Source: Pelomyxa schiedti
Lineage: Eukaryota; Protista; Evosea
Length of the DNA stretch: 41,608 nt
Direction: 5' to 3'
Assembly (NCBI GenBank): GCA_020536535.1
Contig: JAHLWZ010000324.1
Span: forward strand, 1-41,608
Shown: in pieces, positions 1-12,103 of the stretch
Layout of the letters: the number at the start of each line of letters is the position of its first letter
Position numbering within the stretch: position 1 is the stretch's first letter
Program-made: the position numbers and the translations under genes
Notes under the pieces: model-generated
Seen by the model: only the letters and a program-made list of their open reading frames with translations
The model's database searches: none
Told to the model about the DNA's origin: nothing

Positions 1-531
1 CTTTTCTGATTCCTTTCTCAAAGACTCCCCATGATCATCCAGTTCAGCACCTTTTCTTTACTCGTCTACTACTTTGCCAGTGGTGCTCACTATGCTTCAT
101 GGGAAGCAAAGACAAGGAAAATTGCACTGACTAGTTACATATCTGCAAATATCTTCTTCTTTATTACCCTAAATGGTTGTTATCCTTCTCTGGTGAAACC
201 CTCCTAATGCCACCACCAGTTCTTTTTGCGATGTCCATTTATTACTGGTTTGAATATCCCAGCAGCAGCAGCCAAAGCATGGGGAGCAATAGCACAAGCA
301 TCAGTGAAGTTGTGGAAGTTGCTCCAGTATGGCTGGAACCTCTCGTGGACTCGTTTTATGGTCTTATGTTCTTTGTTCTCGTTGTAGTCCTTCTCTGCTA
401 CGGAATTATGATAAGAAACCTTCATGTAGCTCTTCTCCTACCCAAGTTTACTGCTTAGTCTCTTGTAGAGCCCCAACTTCCCGCCTTCACCTACAACATT
501 CACCATGTTCATTGTCTCCATGGTGATATTT
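1..531 (+). repeat. Near-identical second copy of 28878-29409 (internal part of the GPR137/TM7SF1-like gene), cut off by the window start and the N gap
   Basis: Direct comparison: 1-531 matches 28878-29409 with about 6 substitutions and one 1-nt intronic indel. Confidence 0.95.
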
Positions 532-631
532 NNNNNNNNNNNNNNNNNNNNNNNNNNNNNNNNNNNNNNNNNNNNNNNNNNNNNNNNNNNNNNNNNNNNN
601 NNNNNNNNNNNNNNNNNNNNNNNNNNNNNNN
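532..631. other. Scaffold gap (100 N, probably a placeholder size)
   Basis: Run of 100 N. Confidence 0.99.
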
Positions 632-3011
632 AACATCTACTGCTACAACAACAACAACAACAACAACTGCATTATCAGCATCAACACCACCACCAACAAC
701 TGGAATTTCGACCACTAGTAATTCACTTGGAGCTTCGTCTGGGCTCAGTGCTGTTTCGCAAAAATTGAACCTCGTGTCTACTGTACATAAGTACTTCTTG
801 ATGAGTTCCTTCGAACTACGCTCACTGCGTTAAGATTGCTAACTCAGCAGTATGGCACCTCTCATGTGAAAGTATTCACTTGGTGCAACGAAAATTGTAC
901 CTTGTGGGAGCCTGATTTCAATTGTACAACCTGACCTCTGTCCAATTGATTTAAATGGTAACATGACTTGTAGGCCAAACTGTTTTCTGTGCTAATAGGC
1001 AACCTTCTTTGCAACAGATAAGGCAATTCTGTTTAGAGTAAGTTCTTCCATATTTCCAGTTCATTAGGGTAACGTTCAAGCAGACTTGATGCCTGGCTTG
1101 AAGGAAGTCCTCTTAACATTGCAGTACTACACTCGACAGGCTCAAAGGTTTGAATTAGAAATACTCCTTTATTTGGCGTTCTCAAATTTCAGGGAAGGGC
1201 AGGTTGCATGGTTTGCTGCTATTTAGTTCATAAGGGTATTTCGGCAGATGATGCTATGAAGGAATACCAGAAACAAAGAACGAAGGTGCTGTGTCCAAAA
1301 AAAGAGACCGATTTCATCCTTTCTGATATTGAGCGCACAGGGCTTAACAAAGGCCTGCAACGTCCGTTATGTGCATTATTATGAACAAGTGGTTAAACAG
1401 CACAAGTCTTTTGCCCCTGTCCCAGCACCTCTTGTCTTGATTCGCATCCACATGGCTGAGAGAATTGGTACTAAATGGTTGCAATCTATCTGCTTTTTTA
1501 ACAGCACTAAGAACCTCAAGTGTTTGCAAGAGTGGATTGTGGAGTAATATTATTAAATAGAGAGGTTTCTAATTCTTTGCCATGTCCGTAGCTAATAAAA
1601 TAAAAATAAAGGTTGAGCAACAAACCAGCTATGTGGATGTAAACTGTGGAGCTCTTAATCTGAAAGCTGGTTATTTCAAATTCCAGCAACCCTGAACTCT
1701 AAAACCTTTTTAGATGTTGAACTGGCATTGTATTTAATTTTTACGTGGTTATTTTAACCCTTACTTCCTCCAGCCAAGATAGGAACGAGTACCTCTTTTC
1801 ATTGTGCCTTCACACCACTTTTGTTGATCAAACTATGCCATTGTATGTTAGTAGTGCCGAGCTGGATACTTTTGATGCGCAATCAGAGCGTTCTAAACAA
1901 GTTATTTTAACTTGTTAGATAACCATACACTTATAATATATCATCAAGGTGTTGGCTACTGTCCGAAGCCTTGAGTTATGCTTCAGTGATGCCAAGCCCG
2001 ATTCTCTTGTAATTGAAAGGTATTCCCATTAAAAAAGGTTTCTGAGCTAAAGTCTACCAGAAAAAGTAAACTAAAATCCCAAATTGTACTAAATGATTTG
2101 GATATGGCGCCTACACCCACTGTTTCTCCTTCACGTTCAATCACTGCTTCTTGGTTTCTAAAAAATATTGGGAAACCTTGGCCAGAAGGTTTTGGTTTTG
2201 ATTGTGAACTCCAAATAATCAACAAAAGGTTGCTTTGTGGTCTGCGTGAAATCTCCAAATGATGCAAAGTGCCCCGATGCCCCACTGCCCTGTGCATCTC
2301 AAGGTTTGAACAATCAACTTTTCATCTATTAGTAGTCAACAAATGTCTGTAGGTCAAGTTGTCCCTGTATCGGCCACAATACGGGCTCCAAAAAAACCTG
2401 GTGAATATGCTACCTCCTGGGTATGCTGTGAACCAAGTGGATTCCCCAATGTATTTGGAGAACCTCTTCCTTTTTCCTTCATTGTAAAGGAAAAGCATAA
2501 ACACCATCATCATAAGACAACCCAGGTTTACACTTTTTTCATTGTACTACACAACCTTACAAGACAGCCCAGAAAGTTTCGCCAAATCCAACTCCCGCTG
2601 TATTACCAGTAATTGCAGAAAAACGGCTATCTGCAACTACACCTACTGTATGATGAATTTGATTGAAAGAAATACCAACACCTATCCAAAACCACAGGCC
2701 ACTGTATATCAATCACCAACACCAGAACCAGTAGATAAAAGAAAGGCTGTCATTCTTGATGACACAACAGTCAGAATTTATATTCCTAACTCTAACTCAT
2801 AACCAACATCAGAGCACCCCAGCGCTTTTGGGAGACGCTCTCAGGGTTACAGAAGAAAACTCTTCATTACAGGAGAGGGTCAAGTTTATGCAGGTTTTGT
2901 TTTTAATGTGTATTCATCCACCAGCTTACTTGTCTTACGAAGGCAACACTACTTAAGTTACAGTCGGAGAATGAAGGGCTGAAAAAGCAACTGAGTTTGT
3001 TTGACTTGTAA
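632..3011 (+). CDS. PTEN/tensin-type (pseudo)phosphatase + C2 + NBR1 FW/Ig-like domain + C-terminal coiled coil; multi-exon; 5' end lies in or beyond the gap
   Basis: Spliced reading gives YGTSHVKVFTWCNEN, TVFCANRQPSLQQIRQFC, LDAWLEGSPLNIAVLHSTGSK|GRAGCMVCCYL (intron 1148-1192), QRTK|GLTKACNVRYVHYY, and C2 segment LFSLCLHTTFV...AELDTF. It then reads SITASWFLKNIGKPWPEG and IRAPKKPGEYATSW...FGEPL (NBR1-FW signature) and ends LQSENEGLKKQLSLFDL* (TAA 3009-3011). Confidence 0.8.
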
Positions 3012-3092
3012 CTTGGGAAATAAAAGAATAGAGTGCGAAATCTTGCCTTCATAAATTAGTTTGTTGTTACATTTGAGGTATTGTTGTGGCCC

Positions 3093-4457
3093 TCAGCTGT
3101 GGAAGCACGTTTCTTGTCCCCAGCCACGAGGATCGTGTTCCGCCTGCGTATCAATTTCCCCGTACTCAGTTCTTATCCATGTCTGGTATGTCACTGTGCC
3201 ATCATCTGCAAGGGAAAGAAGGAATGTTCTTCCACCATGGTCAAGGCTGTTGTAGGCGCCATAACCAGATTTCTATGCCGATGTTAGGTGCTTATAAACA
3301 GGGTAATATCTACCCGGCCATGGCACAGTTGCAAGTTGGGAAAGCTTGAGAAATGACCACAAAAGTCATTGCTGTGATCATGACCAACAGACACTACACG
3401 CACATCTCCATTTGCAGCTAAGGCATCATAGAGGCCTGTATTAATCTATTTTAAGTCAGATATAACGTTAGCTTGCGGATTTCGTAAACCTGTGGACAGC
3501 AAGTATCCTCGCCTTTTATACCCCAGCAAGTTTCTTTGTTCCACAGTTTGACATACTCGGTGAGAGGGATATGCAAAAACATGAGGGAAAATATGGGTTT
3601 CCCTGCAGCATTGCTGAGTTGCGTCGAGATGCTTTGGTACCATGCTATCTTTGAAATAACTTGTTAGGTTTTTCAGCCTTTTAGAAAGGCATTTACCTGT
3701 TCAGTGGTGATACAACCATTTCCAAACGGATCGTTCTCACAACCGTGGTCACCTACTGCCAGAAAGTATATTGCAGCAACTATTTCAGAAGTATTGTCTG
3801 ACCGATAGATAGGGTGCCAGTAGTTACTCACACCAGGAAGGTCTTGTCATATGTTACCAAAGTTGGAGTAAAAAGGGAAATTACCAGGAGAACCGAATTT
3901 AGAAATGCTACCCGGGAATGTCTGATCATAGCTCATAATTTCGTCTCGAGTAAGATAACCCTGGTCGTCGTGGTTCCCGAATCTCCAATCATCAGCTCAA
4001 AAAAAGTAATGTTTAAGAAACATACACAAATCCCCACAGAAGATTTCTGTCGACCATAGGAGTGACCATGTTGTACCATGCCGTGTATTGCATAGAGGCA
4101 TTGGCAAAATCTCCACCTGAGAACTGATCCCCTGTCAAAACAACAAGATCTATGGGCAGTTCGTAGTCTTTAAGGTTGCAAGTGTTAACAATGTTGCTTG
4201 TCATTCCTCAACAAACCAAGAACAGCATTTTCCGCCACCACTGTTTGATCATCAGCCGTACCGAAATGCAAGTCTAGATTAAATTAGGTCAATGAAAAGA
4301 AACAAGGCCACTAAACGTTAGACACATGTCAAAGAACAAGTAAAAAAAAATTGATATCCCTGCCTGTAAATTGCAGGATCTTGAAGGTTTTGTCCTCTCG
4401 GAAATGCAAGCATAAACAATAACAAATAAACCCAAGCAACACCCCAACTACCTTCAT
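3093..4457 (-). CDS. Secreted calcineurin-like metallophosphoesterase, DCR2/PAP14-28-29 family; multi-exon
   Basis: Signal peptide MKVVGVLLGFICYCLC; LHFREDKTFKILQFT|DLHFG; DLVVLTGDQ; GNHDDQG; VSVGHDHSNDF; KSGYGAY; ends TWIRTEYGE...CFHS* (TGA 3093-3095 on the minus strand). Confidence 0.88.
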
Positions 4458-4534
4458 TTTCGAAAAGGAACAAAAGATCAAAAAGAAGAACCCCTCATCA
4501 GCCTTCGGGGAAAGGGGAAAAAAAATACGAGGTG

Positions 4535-7500
4535 ATGGACCCATACCAACAACAAGGCAATGCGGTCAATTACGTAACAACGAACACAACACCACTCATG
4601 TACAACAATATGATGCCTTCTTGGGGCTCCAACAATGCACAACTGCAAACAAATTGCATACAAAACGAACAACAAGCTGGATCCATGTTCTCACCAATGT
4701 ACGGGATGCCTTTTTTCCCGAACAATGTGCCTACTGCTGCCGCTTTATTGTCCCTGGAACCTCTCTATTCTCTCATGCACACTCAAAACGAGTCTGTGGA
4801 GCCCTTGGGAGTTGTTGTTGAAGCTTGTTGTGCCCCGCATTCCATCAAGGTGCGTCCTTCTCCTCTGGCATAGGGTTGACCATGACTAAGGGAAGACGAA
4901 AGAGAAGAAAGAAGAAGTGCCACGAAACGCAGAAGAAGTTCCTTTCTTCTTTAAATTCCTTTCTTATTTCCTCAAGATTAGTTGAACTACTAGCCCTGCA
5001 ACCACTTTTACAGGCGAGTGAGTTGCTCGATACTATGTCCTGCAGGGACATGCCTGTCCCCCCATTAATTAATGTAACTGTACTGTATTATCTTTCTCTG
5101 CTTACGTCCTGTGTAGTGGTTTGGCAAACTCGAGGACAAAAAATATCCCTTTGATTCTAGTTCTGATGAAGAAATCAGTTTGTTCCCCACAGCACAATAG
5201 CGCAATTAACGACATTAAAAGCGCACTCGGAATACCTACAAATGATCCACCAGCATCACGAAAAAATGAAATTGCTCCCTAAAAAGAGAGGGCATAAACA
5301 TATTACCACAGAGCATTCTGGAGAAGACCTACAAAATCAATTTGACTCGCAACCTCAGAATGGTACAGCTCCAATAAAACAGGAGTCGGATGAACCCTTT
5401 CAATCACAAAACATGGACACACAATTAAACCAAGCACTACCTACCCATGAAGCACAAGTTCTCCCTCAAATCGAGTACAAAGCCAGATCTGGACATACCC
5501 GCCACCGCATTGCACTGCCTGACCACGATGACTTAAACACGCCTGGGGTGAGAGTACATTCGTGGCTACATGATATGACTGTACCTGCTTCTTCTGTTGT
5601 CCCTACTCCAACTGGCACAATCAATTCGGCGGTAAGTTTCCATTCTTTCTTGCCTGAGGACTTACAGAAACCTAGCCATCAACACGACAAGCTTTAGTTA
5701 GAATCAGTAAAATTAAATCACCTAAGGGATTGCCAAAGGCAGTCTTAAGGCCCCTAGTTTCTTTCTTCTAATACAAGTAGTCAGATATATATGGAGGGAG
5801 CCAAATTCCATCCGTAAGCTGCAATGATCTTTCTGTGTTTCTACCATATGCTGCCCAGTGTGCAAAAGCGACTGTATGTACTGAGCAGATGAATTTGGGT
5901 AAAGAACTTGGTATGCGTCCAACCCATTGAATAGGTTCCAACTCTTATGCGTGATTTAGATAGTCAAACTGTCCAGTCTCTTACACAAAGTAACTTATGC
6001 AAATATATCTCTGGAATAATTGTACTCTCTAGTGTCAATAATGCACAATACAACCATAAAGAGGCAGTGGTCTCCATCTTTATCAGTTTCTCCTGTTCAT
6101 TCGTTTCTTGAGCGTCAAATATCGTTGGTGATCTTTCTGGCCTCCTTGTAATTAATATCCATTGTGTAACAAACATGAAACCAACACAAATATAGGGAGC
6201 TAATGCCATCATATCCACTTCTACATCTGCGGCTTCAGCCCTAGCCCCAGTCATTGCCAATTTCGCTGCAGCATGTGGTACTAAAAGCCCTTCAAGTCAC
6301 AATACAAATGCATTTGGTGGAAGCCTTCCAGCTGTGATTGTCGCTCCCACTACACTCCAAGTCATGGAGTGGAAGAAATCTTTATCCCTCAACAGTGAGA
6401 AGTCCAAGGTACCGATGTGCATGAAACCTGCATCCCGTCACTCACTGCTGTAGATTTTGCCTTTTTTTGGATCCACCAAACAGAGGGCAGTCATAAAGAA
6501 TTTTTTTGGAACCAGCAAAATGACAGATGTGCTTGATAATTGTGCCAACAATGGAACAAGCACTGGCACATCATTTCTTATCACTACTTTTTCCGTGATT
6601 GCAGAGGAGCAAACGTTCTTTTCCACAACACCTTGGTGCTTTGTGGTCCTTGATTCCCCCGGCCTTGGTGTCAATGGGAGTAATCGTGAGTGCTTGCAGG
6701 CAGTGGCTTCATTTTTGAGCACACATTTCGTTGTTGCGTGCAACAGTATACTCGAATATCCCTTGCAAGTGAGTGCTCAATTTTTCATGAGTTTTCATCG
6801 CCTTTCTATTTATCATCTACAGGCTGTTGGACTTCTCTTTTCAGTTTTTCCTTTTCTTTTCAGGCAAGGCCAAGTAGGAGTTAAGTTGCTTGACAATCGA
6901 AGTCAATACTGGGACTACTATGGTACCTCCATGCCACTTTTTCGACGTAAATAACACTTTCGAAAAGCATCAGAAATCCCGTTAATTCAAAAATTACTTT
7001 CACCATATACGTTCAATGTGGCGCAGCCCGTTCAAATAGTTTGTCTTCCCTTTAAGTGATGTATGACTAAACCCCTCTAGCCAACAAATATTTGCACCTA
7101 TTCTGAGAAGCCATACGAAGTAGATTCATTATCTGAGGAAATTAATGTAACAACCGCCTAGATGTTGTATTTATTTCCTAACCTTTTATTAACAGGTCCC
7201 GTTTCATTTCAATTACCTGGATGGAAGAGCTGTAAGCCCAATTGTCTTTGCTACTCCCAAGTTCCTCTTCAGAAAGTCACCCTCTCATTTATTTTCTTCT
7301 TACAGGTGATCCCACATTTGTGATTTTGGAACCTCATTTCTTTTTCTTGTTTAGGATTCCTACGGTTTATTCACAGCTTTTGGAATGGGTTTTTAGCATC
7401 TTCAACCCTCTTTATGTGAGTAACTCCCTTCATCCTGACCCTGTGACAAAAAAACCTGCAAGTGACTGCTTTTCATTTTCTCGGTAGCCCCAAGTACTCT

Positions 7501-8560
7501 TCGTTTACGAATAACTTGAAAATAGATTTTCATTCCTATCTCCCGCCGATATTGTTCATTTGCATGCTGATCAATCCGGTACCCTGCCGCAATTTCATGT
7601 GCCTAATGGGTACTTTTTATTACATTAACGTATACACTTATAATTCTACTGCAGTGCAATAATGCCCCCACACCACGCCAAGCGCACTATGTTCCTTTTA
7701 GATGAACTTTGGCAATCTACTACAATGCGACACTGGCACGTTGAACCACACTTAGAAAGTTCGCTTGTTGTAAATACCTCCAAGGTCTCTTTTTATGACC
7801 GAATTCTTCTAAGTCAAAGTGCTGAGAAACACTAGGTGATTGCATATAAGCCGCGGTGGTATTCCCCAGATCGAAGCTTTTCTTATCACCAAATCGAATT
7901 GGAGCAGGTTAACAGTCACTGTCCATCCGTAAATTCACCTCTCTTAGTCAGTTCTAACAGCTGAGAGACCAAGCTTCCTTTCGATCTCTGCCATGGAGAT
8001 TATGCTCAAAAATCCCATTTTCAAGCTTGTGGTCCACACTCTGCGATCAAGAAAAACAAGTCGAGTTGCGATACTATGTGGAGAGCAATCCATTATTCCG
8101 ATGCTAATCTGCTACCTACGCTTTTGCAATCTACCATTTTGTTCTATTGATGGCAGCAGAACAATCAACAGTCCCGGGAGTTACAAATCACTTTCGTCTG
8201 CTCTCACGTGGTGAGTGCCTGACCAAACTATCCAACCTAAAACATCACACTCATCACAGGGCCCCGCTGCTGGTGTTTTTGCTCCGCCCGGCTTCAGTCA
8301 GACCCTCGGCGACACCATTGGCTGAGGTTGATACTCTTATTTTATGTGACCTTGAGGGTGACACACCCATTGTATGCTTTTCTTTTGTGCGAGGCAAAAC
8401 CCTCACAACTACCCCAGGAACAATTGGTGAAGTCCAGTTGGTTCTCCATATCCACCTCCACAAAGGTGATTCAAATCACCAAACACAAAACAAACAATGT
8501 ACCGCCCAGTTACTAGCCAAACAAACTAATGGCATGGAAAAGTTCAAATTCCAGCATTGA
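4535..8560 (+). CDS. Highly divergent Snf2-family (Swr1/Ino80-like) helicase-fold protein with degenerate ATPase motifs; multi-exon; 3' end uncertain (about 8560-8840)
   Basis: Q/N/M-rich N-terminus, then correctly ordered motif remnants: TEQMNLGKE (~5880), PAVIVAPTTLQVMEW (~6330), FLITTFSVI, PWCFVVLDSP (~6631), KLVVHTLRSRKTSRVAILCGEQSIIPMLICYLRFCNLPFCSIDGS (8020-8160), VFLLRPAS...AEVDTLILCD (~8273-8350). Confidence 0.62.
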
Positions 8561-8874
8561 CAATCGATCCTTAATTATTTCAGAACTCTGGGATTGAGAA
8601 GGAGTGCATATATTGTGGGTACAAATTTTCTCTGAGGTAGAGCCGGGCAAGAATTCTCGTGCCTCGTCTCGTTCCAATGGGCCAGATTTTAGCGTAAAAT
8701 TCACTGGCCGTGGAAAACCGAAAATAAATGGCGAGTACCAGTACAAGTACTACGAGCGGTATGTGCATTTTGACATTAGATTAGCCAAATGGAGTGGGAG
8801 GCCAATGCCGTGGCCAAATAATAAATTAATAATCGCGTGAATGTGGATTGGCAGGTGGCTCGGGGGAAGATGAC

Positions 8875-11800
8875 ATGCCACGCATTACATCAACCGGGGA
8901 AGTATTTGGGTGCGGATGGGGCGACAACTGCCAGGTTGTGTGGTCTGAGATCTTTCGTATTATTACGCCTGCCTTTACTTTACTTCGGCTGCTCACCGTT
9001 TATATTCCAGCTAGCAACGTATGGCTCGGTTTCAAAGATGTCGACTCTGAGTATGTCCGGAAAGCGCATCTGCTTTGCTGCCGCTGGTCTAAATCATACT
9101 GCTTGTATGTTGCCCTTTTGTTGGAACTTCACTCTCGTAACTTTGGTTTTTTTTCCCCCACCTCTAAAAACAAGGTATAAGTAACACAGGAGAGTTGTAT
9201 ACATGTGGGAAACCAGATTATGGGAGGTTGGGGACAGGGAGTCGGTCTGACAGCAGATTACTGCAAGTTGGAGCCTCGTTATAGTTTTCTTTCTCAAAAA
9301 TGTGGCTATTTTTTTGCTTTTTTGCAGGTCACCATGTCTAAACGTGTCACATTTGTCAGTTGTGGTGGGTTCCATACAGCAGCTATCACAAGTAGTTCCC
9401 TTTTTACTGCTTGCTTTTAATACTTTCCATAAACAGGTGGGAGACAACTATTCACATTTGGCAGAGGAGATAAAGGACAGCTTGGTTATTCCCTACACAA
9501 TGAAAGTCCCTCCTCATCCCACCAGGTCATGGAGAGCTTGCAAATACCTTTACACCTGAGCAAGTTTTGTCTCTAAAAGGGAAGAAGGTTTCATCCGTGG
9601 CATGTGGTTCGGAGCATACACTTGTTACTTGTGGTAGCTTGTCTTGTTTCACGAAAATCACTTGTGTGACCACCTTGTTGCATAGAGACTGGTGAACTAC
9701 TAGCTTGTGGTAGTAATGACCACTTCCAACTTGGAACTGGAAGCATTGAACTCACCGTTGTACCCACTTTTATTGAGGTGAACACAACAAATATGCATAG
9801 AGATGAAGTTGTAAACCCGGTTATACACACTATTAGTGCTGGCGGTCAACACTCAGCTGCTCTGATGGGTTTATTCATTTTGCATCTTTTTTTTCCCAAT
9901 TACCTACCCGAAATCAATAGGTGGACAGCTATTTTGTTGGGGAACCAATACGAAAGGTCAATGTGGTGTAGGCACCTTCTCCCCACACGTTGAAGTGCCT
10001 ACGGCTACAGTTCTGCCAGGATCTCGGGTCTGTGTGAGTGTAAATTGTGGTCTAGAACACACTGCTGCTTTAACCAGTGCGTAACTGTTCTAGTTATTAC
10101 GAGAATAATAAAAAACCTCACTGTAAGTAAGTACTCTTGTTACCCCTTATCTATTAGTGAAAGGCGAAGTATTCACCTGGGGCAGTGAGGAGTACAGCCA
10201 AGGAGGACATGGGCCTCTCTCCATGATTGATGTACAAGCACAACATTTAGCCACATTAACATCAGCAACTCCATCATCCAACTCTATTGGATCCCATACG
10301 CCAAGGCAAGTGAAGGAGGCTCTTTTCAAGCAGACTGTTGTGTCTCTGGCCTGTGGTGCCTACCATACTGTTGCCTTGACAGGTTGATGAACTTTCAGTA
10401 TTTAAAGGATAATTTCCTCCTTAGAGCAAGGTTCTGTGTATACATGGGGCCTTGGTGTGCTAGGAAACCTCCCCTTAAAGATGTCTCACGCTCTTTTAAG
10501 GCGACAAAGGGCAATTGGGAAATAACTCCACTTCATCTTGCTCTAGTCCATATCATGTACGTGGACAAATACAGAGCAAAATAATAACAGCTATCACAGC
10601 CGGTGGTAGACACACACTGGCCATAACAAGTACCGAACACTCACATTTACATTCCTTGATTATTTATATAGCTCCAACACCTGTCCTGCACATTGAGGCA
10701 AGTTCTTATGAATCCGATTTCAGAAAATTACTTGGCTCTGCAGAACTGAGTGATGTTACTGTTCTTACTGCTGGTGATCCTATTCCCGCACACAAAGTAG
10801 TATTAGCGAGATGCCTTGCCTTTCGCACTGCTCTTCTCGACGGGTACTGTTTGCACTCTCATGAGCTTTCTAACTTTTTAACAGTGCAGACACTCTCGCC
10901 AATGTTACAGATGTACCTGAAAAAGTAGTTAGGCTCATTTTAGAATTTCTCTATTGTGGTGCTGTTTCTCTTCCATCTGGCGTATGCCCATTTTCTGTTT
11001 ATTGAGCGATCACCTCTTTAGGAAGGAATCGAACTTGAGGTACAACTTTTTTCCGTTGCAGAGCGCCTGTCCCTAGCACAACTCTGTGCTGCCCTCAAGG
11101 AGCATACTCCTCGTTGTGATGCCGACCAACAAGATATATACGGCGGTGGTGAACACAATTCACACAAACTTCCTCTACCAGTTTCCTTTTTGAGGTATCT
11201 TTGGCATTCGTAAGTTGTCCTTTTAATAATAAGTACTCTCGTAAGGATGCATGAAATTCAAATGAGACAATGGGTCAACAATCCTTCTTTATCAGACATA
11301 ACCTTTGCACTTCAAGATGACGAAGGGAATCCAATTGAATTCAAAGCACATAAAGTTTTTATTCCTTGTATTACAATTATGTCTTACAATACCTCCAAGG
11401 CAGTTCTTTCCTGTCGGTCATCTGTGTTTAAGACACTTATAACATCGGGATTCAAAGAAAGTCGAACTGCTGTAATTGAACTTCCCACTGTTACCCCACC
11501 TGTCTTCAGGCTATTTTTAAATTATATCTACACTGACCAAGTAGGTACCCTACACCACACAGTAAACTCACACTTTTTCCTAGCTACAACTCGATATGTC
11601 TGAAAGTGACCACTGGGTCGAGCTGCTAATGGTAGCCAATCAGTATGAGGTGGAAAGACTTAAAAATATGTGTGAAGACTTCATCGAGAAGGGCATTGAT
11701 GTTGAAAATGTTGCCTGGCTTTTTGGTACAGCTTCTTTTGTTAATCCACCCTCCCAATCCTTTTACCCACAGACATTGCCGACAAAAATGGAGCACACCA

Positions 11801-12019
11801 GCTGCGTGCGTGGTGTGACTACTTCTTGCTTACCAAGTTCTCTGAGGTTTCTCAGACAGAAGGCTTTAACAATCTCCCTGAAGAAAGTAAAGAACGAATA
11901 CTCAAGCGTCACAGGGTCGCACCACATCAAGCACAGGCCGCAGGTATTTTATTTTTTTTTTTGAAAAAGCAAGGCAACTCATTCTAATAGGAGAAAAAGG
12001 AGGTTGCCTCATTTCCTAA
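8875..12019 (+). CDS. RCC1-repeat + tandem BTB/POZ (+BACK-like) protein with C-terminal CaaX (CLIS); multi-exon
   Basis: RCC1 repeats: VSCGGFHTAAI, VACGSEHTL, ISAGGQHSAAL, VNCGLEHTAAL, LACGAYHTVALT, ITAGGRHTLAI. BTB1: LSDVTVLTAGDPIPAHKVVLARC. BTB2: LSDITF...FKAHK|AVLSCRSSVFKTL...FLNYIYTD. Last exon after intron 11944-11990 reads EKGGCLIS*. Confidence 0.9.
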
Positions 12020-12103
12020 ACATTGTATGCAAAAAAAGTAAAATAAGTTTGTTGTTTGAGTTTGTTTGTTTGTAAGAGAAAAAAAGCTACAGAGAATGCC
12101 ATA

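Noticed and set aside
632-768. Poly-Q/His ORF after the gap (505..768 in the track)
   Set aside because: The ACA repeat reads as poly-Thr in the frame that continues into the PTEN-like domain.
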